Source: Escherichia phage ph0011
Direction: 5' to 3' (one strand)
Sequence record: OP557969.1
Length of the DNA: 64,000 nucleotides
Below the pieces are notes generated by a model. The model did not search any database. It had not been told where the DNA came from and saw only the letters and a program-made list of their open reading frames with translations. Below, one piece after another: positions 18,116 to 27,270 of the stretch. The first letter of the stretch is position 1. Each line of letters starts with the position of its first letter. The translations under genes were made by a program, and so were the position numbers.

Positions 18116-18490
18116 ATGAGTGTACTAGAAATTATTGTTTCAAAAATTTTAATTCCATATTGGAAGCCGATTTCTTTTGCGTTATTACTCGGTGGTGCGG
18201 CATTATCAGGTTGGAAAGCTAATACTTATTATACTGGTTATCAGCAAAGTATCGAGCAACAAATAGCCAAACAGGTTGATGTCGCACTTGATAAAATGCA
18301 ACAGGAAAATGCAAAAAATTACATTGAAACAAAAAAAATCATGGAAGATAATGCTAAAGTTATTGAAACGAAAGTTCCTTATATAGTAGAACGCAAAGTT
18401 TATAAGAATGTGTGTTTAGATGAAGATGGCGTGAAAATTCTAAATGATCTAAAACAAAATTCACAAGCAATGAGGAATAAGTTAAAATGA
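18116..18490 (+). CDS. putative i-spanin (Rz-like)
   Basis: single N-terminal TM (ISFALLLGGAALSGW) followed by charged coiled-coil-like region; followed by overlapping lipoprotein gene. Confidence 0.5.
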   Translation: MSVLEIIVSKILIPYWKPISFALLLGGAALSGWKANTYYTGYQQSIEQQIAKQVDVALDKMQQENAKNYIETKKIMEDNAKVIETKVPYIVERKVYKNVCLDEDGVKILNDLKQNSQAMRNKLK

Positions 18491-18795
18491 AAAAAATATT
18501 AGTCCCAATGATTTCTTTTTTAATTATAAGTGGTTGTGCTGAACAAGCAAAACTACAATCACCTGCACCTATTAAACAAGAAATTCTATTAGAAAGATGT
18601 GATGATGATACACCTCTGCCACAAAAAATCATGATTGACAATAATGGTTTTAAAGGTTATGATGGTGCAGAAATTCTTAAAGTACTTACTCGTTGGGATG
18701 CAATCTATAATGAGTGTGCTTTAAAACATGATGCCTTGATTAAAACTATTCGCGATTTACAAGGCAAAGATATTAAAATTAATATCAAGGAATAA
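18487..18795 (+). CDS. putative o-spanin (Rz1-like lipoprotein)
   Basis: signal peptide with lipobox IISGC; start overlaps i-spanin stop. Confidence 0.5.
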   Translation: MKKILVPMISFLIISGCAEQAKLQSPAPIKQEILLERCDDDTPLPQKIMIDNNGFKGYDGAEILKVLTRWDAIYNECALKHDALIKTIRDLQGKDIKINIKE

Positions 18796-18796
18796 A

Positions 18797-19414
18797 ATGA
18801 ACAAATATCATGTTTACTATAAGACTAATTTATCACTACTGGAAAAATTAAACCATAAAAGTACTAAGATTAAACACTACACATTAAATGGAATTACTTT
18901 TAAGTATTTTCCACAAAAAGTTCTTACATTTATTAAGAATCCAAAATGCATAGCATGTGGTATTGAAGCAACAGAAGTACGTATTGAACGTACATTTAGT
19001 TCTGACCCAATTTTCGGTAAACCACATTTAAATCTATATGCAGTATGTGGTCTTTATGAAGTTTTAATGACAGTTGACCATAATAATCTAGCATCAAAAG
19101 GTGGTCCAGATTTAGAGTCGAACTTTAATACTATGTGCTCCAGATGCAATCAACTACGTTCAAATAAAACTGAATCAGTTGATGAGTTTCTTGTGAAAGT
19201 TAAAGGTCGTAATCTTCTACAAGAACATATGAATAATTTCTTTAATGTGCAAAATGGACAAAAGAAAAATAGTATTGATAAATCAAAACTACTAGAAGAA
19301 CGTAGATTACAACAAGAATTATGGGAAACTGATCATTTATGGCATGTTCGAGAATTTGGTCGCCATATGAAAGCGTTAAAAAAAGAACAAAAGAAATTGA
19401 ACAATCACAATTAA
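18797..19414 (+). CDS. HNH-family endonuclease (free-standing, homing-endonuclease-like)
   Basis: CIACG ... VDHNNLASKGG ... CSRCNQLRSNK resembles His-Me finger HNH motif with Cys zinc ligands. Confidence 0.55.
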   Translation: MNKYHVYYKTNLSLLEKLNHKSTKIKHYTLNGITFKYFPQKVLTFIKNPKCIACGIEATEVRIERTFSSDPIFGKPHLNLYAVCGLYEVLMTVDHNNLASKGGPDLESNFNTMCSRCNQLRSNKTESVDEFLVKVKGRNLLQEHMNNFFNVQNGQKKNSIDKSKLLEERRLQQELWETDHLWHVREFGRHMKALKKEQKKLNNHN

Positions 19415-19425
19415 TATGCTATGAT

Positions 19426-19456
19426 AGGGACTTGAGAAATCGAGTCCCTATTTTTT
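19426..19456 (+). terminator. intrinsic terminator
   Basis: agggact/agtccct stem, 10-nt loop, 6 T. Confidence 0.65.
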
Positions 19457-19467
19457 GGAGAAAATAA

Positions 19468-19824
19468 ATGAAATCGAAAATCTTTTTACCACAATTAATG
19501 TGGCATCTGGCAGAGTTAGATGAAGATGATGAATACACTGACTATGGTACATGGGATGACAGTACTGAAACTTTCAAACCAGATATGAAATACAAAATCA
19601 TTTGCAACGAAAGTAAAGGGCACAGAAGGTGGACTGAAGAATTTGATCTCGTATTTCTTGACATGAGTACAAACAAGTTTTATCATTGTACATATGAACG
19701 AGGTTTAACAGAAGACAGACCAGTACAACCATTCAGTAATGAAACTGATGGTGTTAAGTGCAATGAAGTTTCTGTTATAAGAGAAGAAATTATCACTTAT
19801 CGAACTTTGTGGAAATATTTGTAA
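19468..19824 (+). CDS. hypothetical protein
   Basis: ORF track; ATG with GGAG upstream. Confidence 0.45.
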   Translation: MKSKIFLPQLMWHLAELDEDDEYTDYGTWDDSTETFKPDMKYKIICNESKGHRRWTEEFDLVFLDMSTNKFYHCTYERGLTEDRPVQPFSNETDGVKCNEVSVIREEIITYRTLWKYL

Positions 19825-19825
19825 A

Positions 19826-20224
19826 ATGCTTAAAGAATTAGATTTTTCAAACTTAGAAATTATCAGTGCTGTTAAAAACATCTCCGACATGGGAGATGAG
19901 AAATCAGTGCTTGTTACTATTACTTTTGTAAAAGAAGAAGATAGTTATAGTCATTTGACTGGTATTGAAGAACTAATTCATAAAACCAATCTTGAAAATA
20001 ATGGTAAACTCATCAAACTTCAGGCATCCTATATCCAAAAAACATCAAATTTTATAGACATAAATAATATAGTCAAGGTGGTATATAATCATCCTGACCA
20101 CAAATATAGGAATACATCAAGAAATGAAAATATTGCGAAAGATACTAACATCATAGAAGATGTTGACTTTATCAATACTATTTTTGATCGTTGCTCTATT
20201 GATTTGAAAAAAGTATACATGTAA
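19826..20224 (+). CDS. hypothetical protein
   Basis: ORF track. Confidence 0.45.
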   Translation: MLKELDFSNLEIISAVKNISDMGDEKSVLVTITFVKEEDSYSHLTGIEELIHKTNLENNGKLIKLQASYIQKTSNFIDINNIVKVVYNHPDHKYRNTSRNENIAKDTNIIEDVDFINTIFDRCSIDLKKVYM

Positions 20225-20259
20225 TGGGACAATAATTGAACCTGTGATATAATGTATAT

Positions 20260-20782
20260 TGTAAAATGACAACGGACATTGTAAAAAATGGACACTGAAA
20301 ACCTAATTCACTTGAAAATGTAAAGGATAGATGAGCTTTACCGTTGTAGCGAACAGCAGAAGAAACCCGTTAGAGTACTGGCATTCAAACAAACACGATG
20401 TAAGACCACGAATCACGGCGACACGGCTGTATAAAGAACTCCGATAAGCATACAGAGAGTTCCTAGATAGATGTATAAGGTTCGCACCTTACCAGATTTG
20501 CTAAGGGAGTTTAAGAATGGCGAACGCAATTTTTACAAGAAAGTTGCGTCCAAAATTTGAGAACAAGTACTACTTTGATCGAATAGAGTTAGTACTGAGT
20601 GCTGTTGATGAAAAGACCAGCGACCGTTGCATATGACTGCGATAGAGAGAAACCGAGCAACCCGCTTTCGCTCTCTAAATCTTTGGTACGAGAAAGATCC
20701 GTCCAAAATTTGAGAAATTCGCAATTCGATAATATCCGATGCCATCAGCGTCAAGAAGAGACTTAATTGTCTCTTTTTTATT
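20260..20782 (+). ncRNA. candidate structured non-coding RNA region (no + strand ORF, GC-richer than flanks)
   Basis: about 600 nt without + strand ORF of 60 codons or more in an otherwise gene-dense array; TGaTATAAT -10-like element at 20245-20253; nested stems (gttcgc/gcgaac, cctta/taagg, agagag/ctctct); 17-nt direct repeat cgtccaaaatttgagaa at 20547 and 20700; ends at terminator 20755..20782. Confidence 0.3.
20755..20782 (+). terminator. intrinsic terminator
   Basis: aagagac/gtctctt stem, loop ttaatt, T-run. Confidence 0.65.
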
Positions 20783-20919
20783 ACTTTCATTCCCCTGTGG
20801 GGGATGAAATAGTCCTCAACAAATCCCGTCAAGTTATTAAAATACATTATCATTATTCAGAAGTAACAAGTTTACGAAGTAAACGAAGTGACTTCTTGGG
20901 TTGCGAGAGAACGAAGTGA

Positions 20920-21348
20920 ATGAGTAACACAACGAAAATATATAATAAATCTGAATTAACACAATTGTTATTCAAAGAATATTTTGAGTTTCAGATAAAA
21001 GACGAACATCAATTACCACAACAATACTTGAAAAGAATTAAAGATACGTCAGTAATTACTAAAGAAACTAATTTTTATAATAGTATTTTGGATTTCGTTA
21101 AATCAGTTCATACGACAAGACCTATTGTAGTTTTGTTTTTTGATAAATCTATCCCTTTAGTAGTTCCCGAAAATGTATTTTTTATCTCAGAAACTGATTT
21201 AAATAACCAAAGTACTATAAGTAGATTAAGAAATTGCTTACTTGTAGTATGTGATTCTTATTTGTATAATAACAGAATACTATGGGATAGAAGCAAACGC
21301 AATGCAATTTCGGAAATGAACCCTGAACTTACATTTATTATTAACTAA
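20920..21348 (+). CDS. hypothetical protein
   Basis: ORF track; ATG. Confidence 0.45.
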   Translation: MSNTTKIYNKSELTQLLFKEYFEFQIKDEHQLPQQYLKRIKDTSVITKETNFYNSILDFVKSVHTTRPIVVLFFDKSIPLVVPENVFFISETDLNNQSTISRLRNCLLVVCDSYLYNNRILWDRSKRNAISEMNPELTFIIN

Positions 21349-21354
21349 ATACCA

Positions 21355-21362
21355 TATAAATA
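21355..21362 (+). promoter_or_regulatory. T4-type late promoter motif TATAAATA
   Basis: exact TATAAATA about 20 nt upstream of 21381 start, followed by AAGGAGAGA SD. Confidence 0.55.
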
Positions 21363-21380
21363 ACTCTAAGGAGAGATTTT

Positions 21381-21821
21381 ATGGAAAATATTGAAAATTT
21401 GAGACATGTTATGGATTTTATCATTGATACTGAAGAAGATAGTGCTTATGATGAAATCCTACTAACTTTTATTGAAAATAGTTTGTTTTTAAGTTCTGCT
21501 GCACATAACTGGCATTTACAAAGCCGATTCTATACTAAGCATCTTCAACTGGATGAACTATACAAAGAGTTACCTGAGTATGTTGATGCATTTGTAGAGG
21601 GTATTATGAACACACGCGGTGCATTACAGGTAGGAACTGGTAACAGTTATCGTTTTACCCCTATCGAAGATTGTGTACCAATTCTTGAAGAATATGCGAG
21701 TCAATGTAAAGCCATTCATGCTATGCTTGAGGAAGCTGAAGACTATGGCAGTACTAACACATTAGAAGATATTATTAGTTTTGTAGACGGTGTGCTTTAC
21801 AAACTTAAAGTTTTACAATAA
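21381..21821 (+). CDS. Dps/ferritin-like four-helix-bundle protein (tentative)
   Basis: AHNWHLQSRFYTKHLQLDELYKELPEYVDAFVEGIMNTRG resembles the Dps helix pair (HWNMRG..F..H..LD ... AER) as recalled. Confidence 0.4.
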   Translation: MENIENLRHVMDFIIDTEEDSAYDEILLTFIENSLFLSSAAHNWHLQSRFYTKHLQLDELYKELPEYVDAFVEGIMNTRGALQVGTGNSYRFTPIEDCVPILEEYASQCKAIHAMLEEAEDYGSTNTLEDIISFVDGVLYKLKVLQ

Positions 21822-21827
21822 AATATA

Positions 21828-21858
21828 TGGAGAGTCATTATGACTCTCCATTTCTTTT
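21828..21858 (+). terminator. intrinsic terminator
   Basis: tggagagtca/tgactctcca 10-bp stem, 3-nt loop, T-rich tail. Confidence 0.65.
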
Positions 21859-21869
21859 GGAGGATATAT

Positions 21870-22223
21870 ATGAGTGATTACCGAGTAACATCTGGACTAA
21901 TGGCCCGACTTATTGAAGCAGTTCCTAAAGAGGATTATGAAGCTATTTCAGATCGTCTTTTTGACGCAGATTCTAAACTCCATATTACATATGATGGTAC
22001 ATTAATTTACAGTACTGATATTGATATTCCTAGCTATGAATTTGAGATTTCTTTTGGTAGCAAACTAAGTACTGAAGAATTCGCTCGAAAATGTGAGCGT
22101 GAAGGGCTGTGTATTGATATCAGTTCAGTTCAGCCATACACGTCACTGTGGTATGATGGTGCTGATAGTCCAATGTCTACTACAACTTTACAGGATTTTC
22201 TAAATGCAAATAAAAAAGATTAA
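21870..22223 (+). CDS. hypothetical protein (start moved downstream of terminator to GGAGGA-ATG)
   Basis: ORF-track ORF 21840 begins inside the terminator hairpin; ATG at 21870 has SD. Confidence 0.45.
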   Translation: MSDYRVTSGLMARLIEAVPKEDYEAISDRLFDADSKLHITYDGTLIYSTDIDIPSYEFEISFGSKLSTEEFARKCEREGLCIDISSVQPYTSLWYDGADSPMSTTTLQDFLNANKKD

Positions 22224-22596
22224 ATTCCACCAGCATTGTTCTATACATGAATGTGATGATTGTGGTATGAACATGAGTGACATTTATACAGTTTCCTGTA
22301 AAGGATTCAAATTCACACACGGTGAACCTGCTTATTGTTATGGGACAGAAGAAGGTGATATCGAAGTAGTACTGAAAGAATTGTTCCAGTACTTGCAAAG
22401 TGCTGGTTATGATGTTACAATGCCCACATATTACGAAGATGATTATGACTCACATGTAGAAGAAAATACATATTATAATCAATTTGTTCATGGTAATGGA
22501 TTTATCACATACCTTCATGAGAATGGTATTGAGGTAAAAACTAAGTACACAAGTGATGATTACGAAAGTGATGACTCTATGGAGATTGAAGATTGA
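22204..22596 (+). CDS. hypothetical acidic protein (start uncertain)
   Basis: ORF track; several candidate ATGs. Confidence 0.35.
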   Translation: MQIKKIKFHQHCSIHECDDCGMNMSDIYTVSCKGFKFTHGEPAYCYGTEEGDIEVVLKELFQYLQSAGYDVTMPTYYEDDYDSHVEENTYYNQFVHGNGFITYLHENGIEVKTKYTSDDYESDDSMEIED

Positions 22597-23177
22597 AAGC
22601 AAAAGACCTAGCAGCACTGTTGATGCAGAATCCTGAAATGGAAGTTTATCATGAGCATATGCATATTGATGATATGTATGAAGCGTACTATTCACCAGAA
22701 AATGTATCTGGTATTGAAATCACACCAAGTGGTGTATTCATCAGTACTGAACGTATTGATTACAATTCCCAGCAAGAAATCAAAACTCCACATAAAAAAC
22801 CTCGCATTGGTGCTATTGAACTTGTATTTCAACAGGATCGTCTGGTTGAGTACAACGAAGACGATGGTTCTACTCGAACTGATGTTGAGAATGTTGTTTT
22901 TCGTTTTTATAATGCATATGAAGACCCAACAACAGGTGAAGATTTCTTCCGTGAACTATTAAATGATGGGGAAGTTTATGGTGAAGATGGAACTGTGTTT
23001 GTATTGGACCCTAATTATGATCCAGATCACAACACATGGCAATTCTATACACCACAAGATGTAATGGAGGTTAAAGTACTTACTGACATTGACGATATGT
23101 GGAATCCAGTATATACTTCGATGACATTTGACGAAGCAAAGAAATACTTCGTTTCTAAACTAAACATTAAACAATAG
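22593..23177 (+). CDS. hypothetical protein (TTG start per ORF track, uncertain)
   Basis: ORF track; TTGA overlap with upstream stop. Confidence 0.4.
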   Translation: MKAKDLAALLMQNPEMEVYHEHMHIDDMYEAYYSPENVSGIEITPSGVFISTERIDYNSQQEIKTPHKKPRIGAIELVFQQDRLVEYNEDDGSTRTDVENVVFRFYNAYEDPTTGEDFFRELLNDGEVYGEDGTVFVLDPNYDPDHNTWQFYTPQDVMEVKVLTDIDDMWNPVYTSMTFDEAKKYFVSKLNIKQ

Positions 23178-23191
23178 GGATTCTCGAATTT

Positions 23192-23473
23192 ATGAAAATT
23201 GTTGCAAGTGCATGGATGAAACAATCAGATGGTACAAGTGCTTTTGAAGAGTATGGTTTTGTTGAAAGTGTAGAAGAATTAAATCGTTTCAAAAGTGAAA
23301 ATGATGATGATGTATTTGATATTGTATTCACCTATCACCATATTCCAAATGATACCGATTATGAACATTATTATTACAATCCTGACCTATTGGAAATTCT
23401 AGTGTGCGACAATCAACATGAAATTGATGAAAACACTGCTCTACTAATGTTGAGCACTGTGTCTCCGGTATAA
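23192..23473 (+). CDS. hypothetical protein
   Basis: ORF track. Confidence 0.4.
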   Translation: MKIVASAWMKQSDGTSAFEEYGFVESVEELNRFKSENDDDVFDIVFTYHHIPNDTDYEHYYYNPDLLEILVCDNQHEIDENTALLMLSTVSPV

Positions 23474-23481
23474 GGAGTTAT

Positions 23482-23961
23482 ATGTATAACCTTACAATTA
23501 TCCGCGAACCAAATGAATATGATGGTGATACGACATATGGTGAAGTTTTGGTATTTCAAAGTGCTGAACAAAGTGAAATTGAACGTGAATTAAAAGATTA
23601 TTTACGTGAACATTTATATCTATACCGTACTGATGCAAATTGTCATTATGGTGATATAATGTTTATTGTAACACACAATGGTGTAGTAATTGAATATGTG
23701 AATATGACAAATGCTATGGATTTTCTTAATTACACTGATACTTCTACACCATTGGATAATTATTTCAGTACTGTTTTTGATGAATTACGTAAGAACGTTT
23801 CTAGAAATGATAGATTCTGCACTAATGTTGGATTATTAGAATCAAATACAAGAAAGAATCTTTCTAAAAAGTATGATGAAGAACGTAAGAAAAATTTGGA
23901 AATTAAACATTTGCATGAGTTAATGAAGAAATATCCCAACGAGGTCAAATATGGCTCTTAG
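23482..23961 (+). CDS. hypothetical protein
   Basis: ORF track; GGAG upstream. Confidence 0.45.
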   Translation: MYNLTIIREPNEYDGDTTYGEVLVFQSAEQSEIERELKDYLREHLYLYRTDANCHYGDIMFIVTHNGVVIEYVNMTNAMDFLNYTDTSTPLDNYFSTVFDELRKNVSRNDRFCTNVGLLESNTRKNLSKKYDEERKKNLEIKHLHELMKKYPNEVKYGS

Positions 23962-24289
23962 AGGACAAACTCAATATAAGTGTATTGAAGAAATAAGAAA
24001 GAAAGACGGAACACTTTTTGACAGGAAATTAAAACAAGAATATAAAGACCTAAGAGATGTTATACGAAATGAAAGTTTCGGTGGGAAGCGTAGACAGAAG
24101 ATTTATGAATTTCTGAAGAATGGTTTAGAAATTCAAGTCAATGGACTTCATTGTGTACAAACTAAAAACGATCCAGATATTTTACGTCTTTTAAAAGAGG
24201 GTAAAATAGAAATGTTCAATACCCCAATTTCATCCTATGGTAATAGATTAAAATGTAAGCACACATACTTAAGGATTAAAAATGGGTAA
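23951..24289 (+). CDS. hypothetical basic protein
   Basis: ORF track; GAGG upstream. Confidence 0.4.
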   Translation: MALRGQTQYKCIEEIRKKDGTLFDRKLKQEYKDLRDVIRNESFGGKRRQKIYEFLKNGLEIQVNGLHCVQTKNDPDILRLLKEGKIEMFNTPISSYGNRLKCKHTYLRIKNG

Positions 24290-24866
24290 ATTAGTATATT
24301 ACTATGGTAGTATGTCTAGTGGTAAAAGTACTCATCTTTTGCAAAAAGCATATAACCATAAGAAAAATGGAATGAAGGTAATTTACTTAACCAGTGCACT
24401 TGATGATCGTTATGGAACTGGAAAGATTACTTCAAGGATTGGCATCGAAGCTGAGGCTGAAGTAATTCCAAAAAATGACATTAGTGTTCTTCTTAAAGTT
24501 AAAGAAACTCTCAATAATGATGTTGACATTAACAGTATCTATGTTGATGAATGTCAATTTTTAAACAGGGAACAGATTGACCATTTAGCTGATATCGCAG
24601 ATAATTATGGTGTTGATGTTTCTTGTTATGGAATCCGAACAGATTTTGAATCCAACCTATTTGAAGGTTCACAAAGACTGTTTGAAATAGCTGATGACAT
24701 ACACGAACTTAAGAACGTGTGTGAGAATAAGAAGTGTGGTAAAGAAGCTACCATGAATGCTCGTATAGTTGAAAGTACGGAGAAAGTGTTTATTGGTGGT
24801 GACGAATCATATAAAAGCCTATGCAGAAAATGTTACAAAGACTATATGAGGAATAAAAATGGTTGA
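24282..24866 (+). CDS. tk: thymidine kinase
   Basis: P-loop YYGSMSSGKST near N-terminus and C-terminal Cys zinc ribbon (CENKKCGK ... CRKCY) typical of type II thymidine kinases. Confidence 0.9.
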   Translation: MGKLVYYYGSMSSGKSTHLLQKAYNHKKNGMKVIYLTSALDDRYGTGKITSRIGIEAEAEVIPKNDISVLLKVKETLNNDVDINSIYVDECQFLNREQIDHLADIADNYGVDVSCYGIRTDFESNLFEGSQRLFEIADDIHELKNVCENKKCGKEATMNARIVESTEKVFIGGDESYKSLCRKCYKDYMRNKNG

Positions 24867-25080
24867 TACATTATTGAAACGCGTTTTGAATAACGTACTA
24901 TATGGATTAAAAAAAGCAACAAATCTTATTTTTAGTTCAGTAGAAATGATTATTACAGTGCTGGTATTTTCACTTGTGCTACATTTTGTACCATTCTGGT
25001 TAGTTTTCATTGCACTCATTATTACACTTGGTGTACATGTTTATAATGTTTACTTAGAATTAATGAAAGATGGTGATTAA
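24859..25080 (+). CDS. small membrane protein with two TM helices (holin/pinholin candidate)
   Basis: 73 aa, two hydrophobic helices (IITVLVFSLVLHFVPFWLVFIALIITLGV). Confidence 0.4.
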   Translation: MVDTLLKRVLNNVLYGLKKATNLIFSSVEMIITVLVFSLVLHFVPFWLVFIALIITLGVHVYNVYLELMKDGD

Positions 25081-25089
25081 ATTTAGTTA

Positions 25090-25117
25090 GACCTCACTAT
25101 GTGGGGTCTTTTTTTAA
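25090..25117 (+). terminator. intrinsic terminator
   Basis: gacctca/tggggtc stem (one G-U), loop ctatg, 9 T. Confidence 0.7.
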
Positions 25118-25127
25118 GGTAAATGAT

Positions 25128-25571
25128 ATGCATATTGAGGTAGAGACATTCAAACGTTTTATCGACATTTGTCGTCATACGAGTCTTGTATATTTGGGTC
25201 CAGGTGCAAACTTCAGAACATTATCTTCAATTTTAGGATATACTGAGCCATCATGTATATATTATGATGGTAATATGATTCATCTCACTGATGGTGATTT
25301 TAATGTTCAGTACATTTCCCAATGTGATATGTATGTGTTTAATACACCAGAATATAATATTATTATTGAAGAACGTACTAAAGATAATTACCCAACCAAA
25401 TATGTAAGTTGGGATAGAACAGACTGTGTATATGCTACTGGACCAGTACAGAAACCTATGAATTATCCTACTATTCATTTGAATTTTATCCATGATGAAA
25501 TAAAAGATTACTGTAACAGTATTTCTGATTCAGAAACAAAATACTTTCCTATTATATTTTTTAAGGTTTGA
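25128..25571 (+). CDS. hypothetical protein (start moved to first ATG after terminator)
   Basis: ORF-track GTG start lies inside the terminator stem. Confidence 0.4.
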   Translation: MHIEVETFKRFIDICRHTSLVYLGPGANFRTLSSILGYTEPSCIYYDGNMIHLTDGDFNVQYISQCDMYVFNTPEYNIIIEERTKDNYPTKYVSWDRTDCVYATGPVQKPMNYPTIHLNFIHDEIKDYCNSISDSETKYFPIIFFKV

Positions 25572-25573
25572 TT

Positions 25574-25963
25574 ATGAGATGGCGTAAACGACACGTAAAA
25601 AGATTTGATAAAATAATCAAAAAGTATTTCTCGCACAAGATAGATCCAATGGTCCTTCAGATAAGGAATAGTATCTTTGACCGACGTTACCCACAGTGTT
25701 TAGAATCATTAGGTCGTAAGCGTTCCAAGAATGAATATCAGGTATATCGTTATGATTTATCAGAATTCTTTTTGAATACTCGTGTATCTGTTCCAATCCG
25801 AGTGTACTCAAGGGTAAAACGAAGTAGAATTCAAGATATCACGTATGGTTATCTTATGCTTGAAATTAGCGAACTCAATGAAAAAATGGGTAGAAATTTC
25901 AGTACTTTATGCCTAGAAAACCATGATACGATCAAAAGAATAATAGAAGAGATGGGAAAGTAG
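25574..25963 (+). CDS. hypothetical basic protein
   Basis: ATG 2 nt after upstream stop; ORF-track frame. Confidence 0.4.
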   Translation: MRWRKRHVKRFDKIIKKYFSHKIDPMVLQIRNSIFDRRYPQCLESLGRKRSKNEYQVYRYDLSEFFLNTRVSVPIRVYSRVKRSRIQDITYGYLMLEISELNEKMGRNFSTLCLENHDTIKRIIEEMGK

Positions 25964-25992
25964 GATTTTTAGTGCTATAATTGGAGATGTGT

Positions 25993-26337
25993 ATGAAATA
26001 TATTGATAAAGGTACAGTTGAGACGCAGTACTGGAATATTCATATGGCTGGTGATATCCAAACAGCAAGGGAGTACACAAGAAAATTTGCATTCAATCAT
26101 GGTTTTTGTGTACAATTGACCCCATGTGAATACATCTATACTGGTGGTCTTGAAAGTGGAATATGTGCTCGTATTATTCAGTACCCACGCTTCCCAAAAG
26201 AAGAAGTATATCTCAACAGAGATGTATTAAACTATGCTAAGGGTTTAGCTGAAGAGATGTGTCAAAAGAGTTTTACTATTGAGCGAAACAATGATACAAT
26301 CTATTATGAAAGCGATGAACCTTTACACAAGAAATAA
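25993..26337 (+). CDS. hypothetical protein
   Basis: ORF-track frame; GGAG-7nt-ATG. Confidence 0.4.
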   Translation: MKYIDKGTVETQYWNIHMAGDIQTAREYTRKFAFNHGFCVQLTPCEYIYTGGLESGICARIIQYPRFPKEEVYLNRDVLNYAKGLAEEMCQKSFTIERNNDTIYYESDEPLHKK

Positions 26338-26348
26338 AAGGAAAATAT

Positions 26349-26480
26349 ATGAATGGACTAAAGAAGTTTGGTAAAGATTTTCTAAAATGTATACGTTATA
26401 CATATGATGCAAATCCAGAAATGACTGCTATTGTAGGTGTGTTTATTGCACTCGTTGTATTAAGTTTTATTATGGTGTAA
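26349..26480 (+). CDS. small membrane peptide (43 aa) with C-terminal TM helix, not in ORF track
   Basis: ATG at 26349, hydrophobic C-terminus AIVGVFIALVVLSFIMV; fills an otherwise unexplained gap. Confidence 0.35.
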   Translation: MNGLKKFGKDFLKCIRYTYDANPEMTAIVGVFIALVVLSFIMV

Positions 26481-26484
26481 AAAT

Positions 26485-26688
26485 ATGATTGAAATTAATG
26501 CTGATATATATTGTAGTGCTTTTCCAAATTACTTCATTTATGCATTAAGTACATTTGGTGAAACTGAAGGTGAAACGTTTGTTCTAGTAGACAATACTAC
26601 ATGGTATAAAACAAGTAATAAAATTCCCGAAGATGTATTAAAAACATACACTCGTATTGAAAATAAGAATCTGTACGTGAATTTATAG
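26485..26688 (+). CDS. hypothetical protein
   Basis: ORF track. Confidence 0.4.
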   Translation: MIEINADIYCSAFPNYFIYALSTFGETEGETFVLVDNTTWYKTSNKIPEDVLKTYTRIENKNLYVNL

Positions 26689-26696
26689 GTAATAAT

Positions 26697-27107
26697 ATGA
26701 TTGAAATGGAAGGAACTCTGGTGTATGATCCAGATCGTGGCACTATGAAAAAGAAGAAGGACTTCTGGTTAGTACTACAACTTCCGTTACAGTTGGCTAG
26801 ATACTATCAGTACTTCATTCGAACTGACTTACATATTGACATTAAAGACCCACAATGGGGGGCACATGTCAGTATCGTTCGTGGTGAAGTGCCACCAAAT
26901 CCAGAGTACTGGAAAAAGTACGATGGTAAAAAAATAAAAATACGATTTAACCCTGATATTGTCCAAGTCAAAGATAAAAAGAATCCAGGTTCGTTCTTCA
27001 TTATTGAGTTTGATGATGAATTTATTGGGAATATTCGAAAAGAATTAGGATTACATTCTAAGTATTTACGATACCACATCACTGTAGGAAGAACGTACTA
27101 CGATTAG
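26697..27107 (+). CDS. hypothetical protein
   Basis: ORF track. Confidence 0.45.
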   Translation: MIEMEGTLVYDPDRGTMKKKKDFWLVLQLPLQLARYYQYFIRTDLHIDIKDPQWGAHVSIVRGEVPPNPEYWKKYDGKKIKIRFNPDIVQVKDKKNPGSFFIIEFDDEFIGNIRKELGLHSKYLRYHITVGRTYYD

Positions 27108-27125
27108 TTTTGTAGTAAATATTTC

Positions 27126-27153
27126 TTGACATAAAACAAAAACATGCTATAAT
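27126..27153 (+). promoter_or_regulatory. sigma70-type promoter TTGACA-16nt-TATAAT with TGn extended -10
   Basis: perfect hexamers TTGACA (27126) and TATAAT (27148) with 16-nt spacer, upstream of lysozyme gene. Confidence 0.6.
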
Positions 27154-27270
27154 ACTTAAACATTTGAAAAGAACGTTTTTGTACTGTAGAAAGTCCGATG
27201 AGGCTTTTGCAAAATGGCCTCTTTGCCATCTTTGTGATTGCCCATCTTAACAATCAACAAAGGAGGCGTT

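Noticed and set aside
20260-20820. Group I intron
   Set aside because: Only a loose S-element-like AAATAGTCC was found, with no convincing R element (GACUA) partner and no interrupted gene flanking the region; kept as a generic structured-RNA candidate.
20533-20853. 106-codon ORF on - strand in the non-coding region
   Set aside because: Opposite to all surrounding genes, spans a + strand terminator hairpin, no SD, no recognisable motif; most likely chance.
22651-22962. Alternative-frame + strand ORFs (22651..22962, 15043..15231, 37852..38049, 45924..46136, 49071..49331)
   Set aside because: Each lies in a second frame inside a better-supported ORF that fits the gene tiling and has start signals; treated as spurious.
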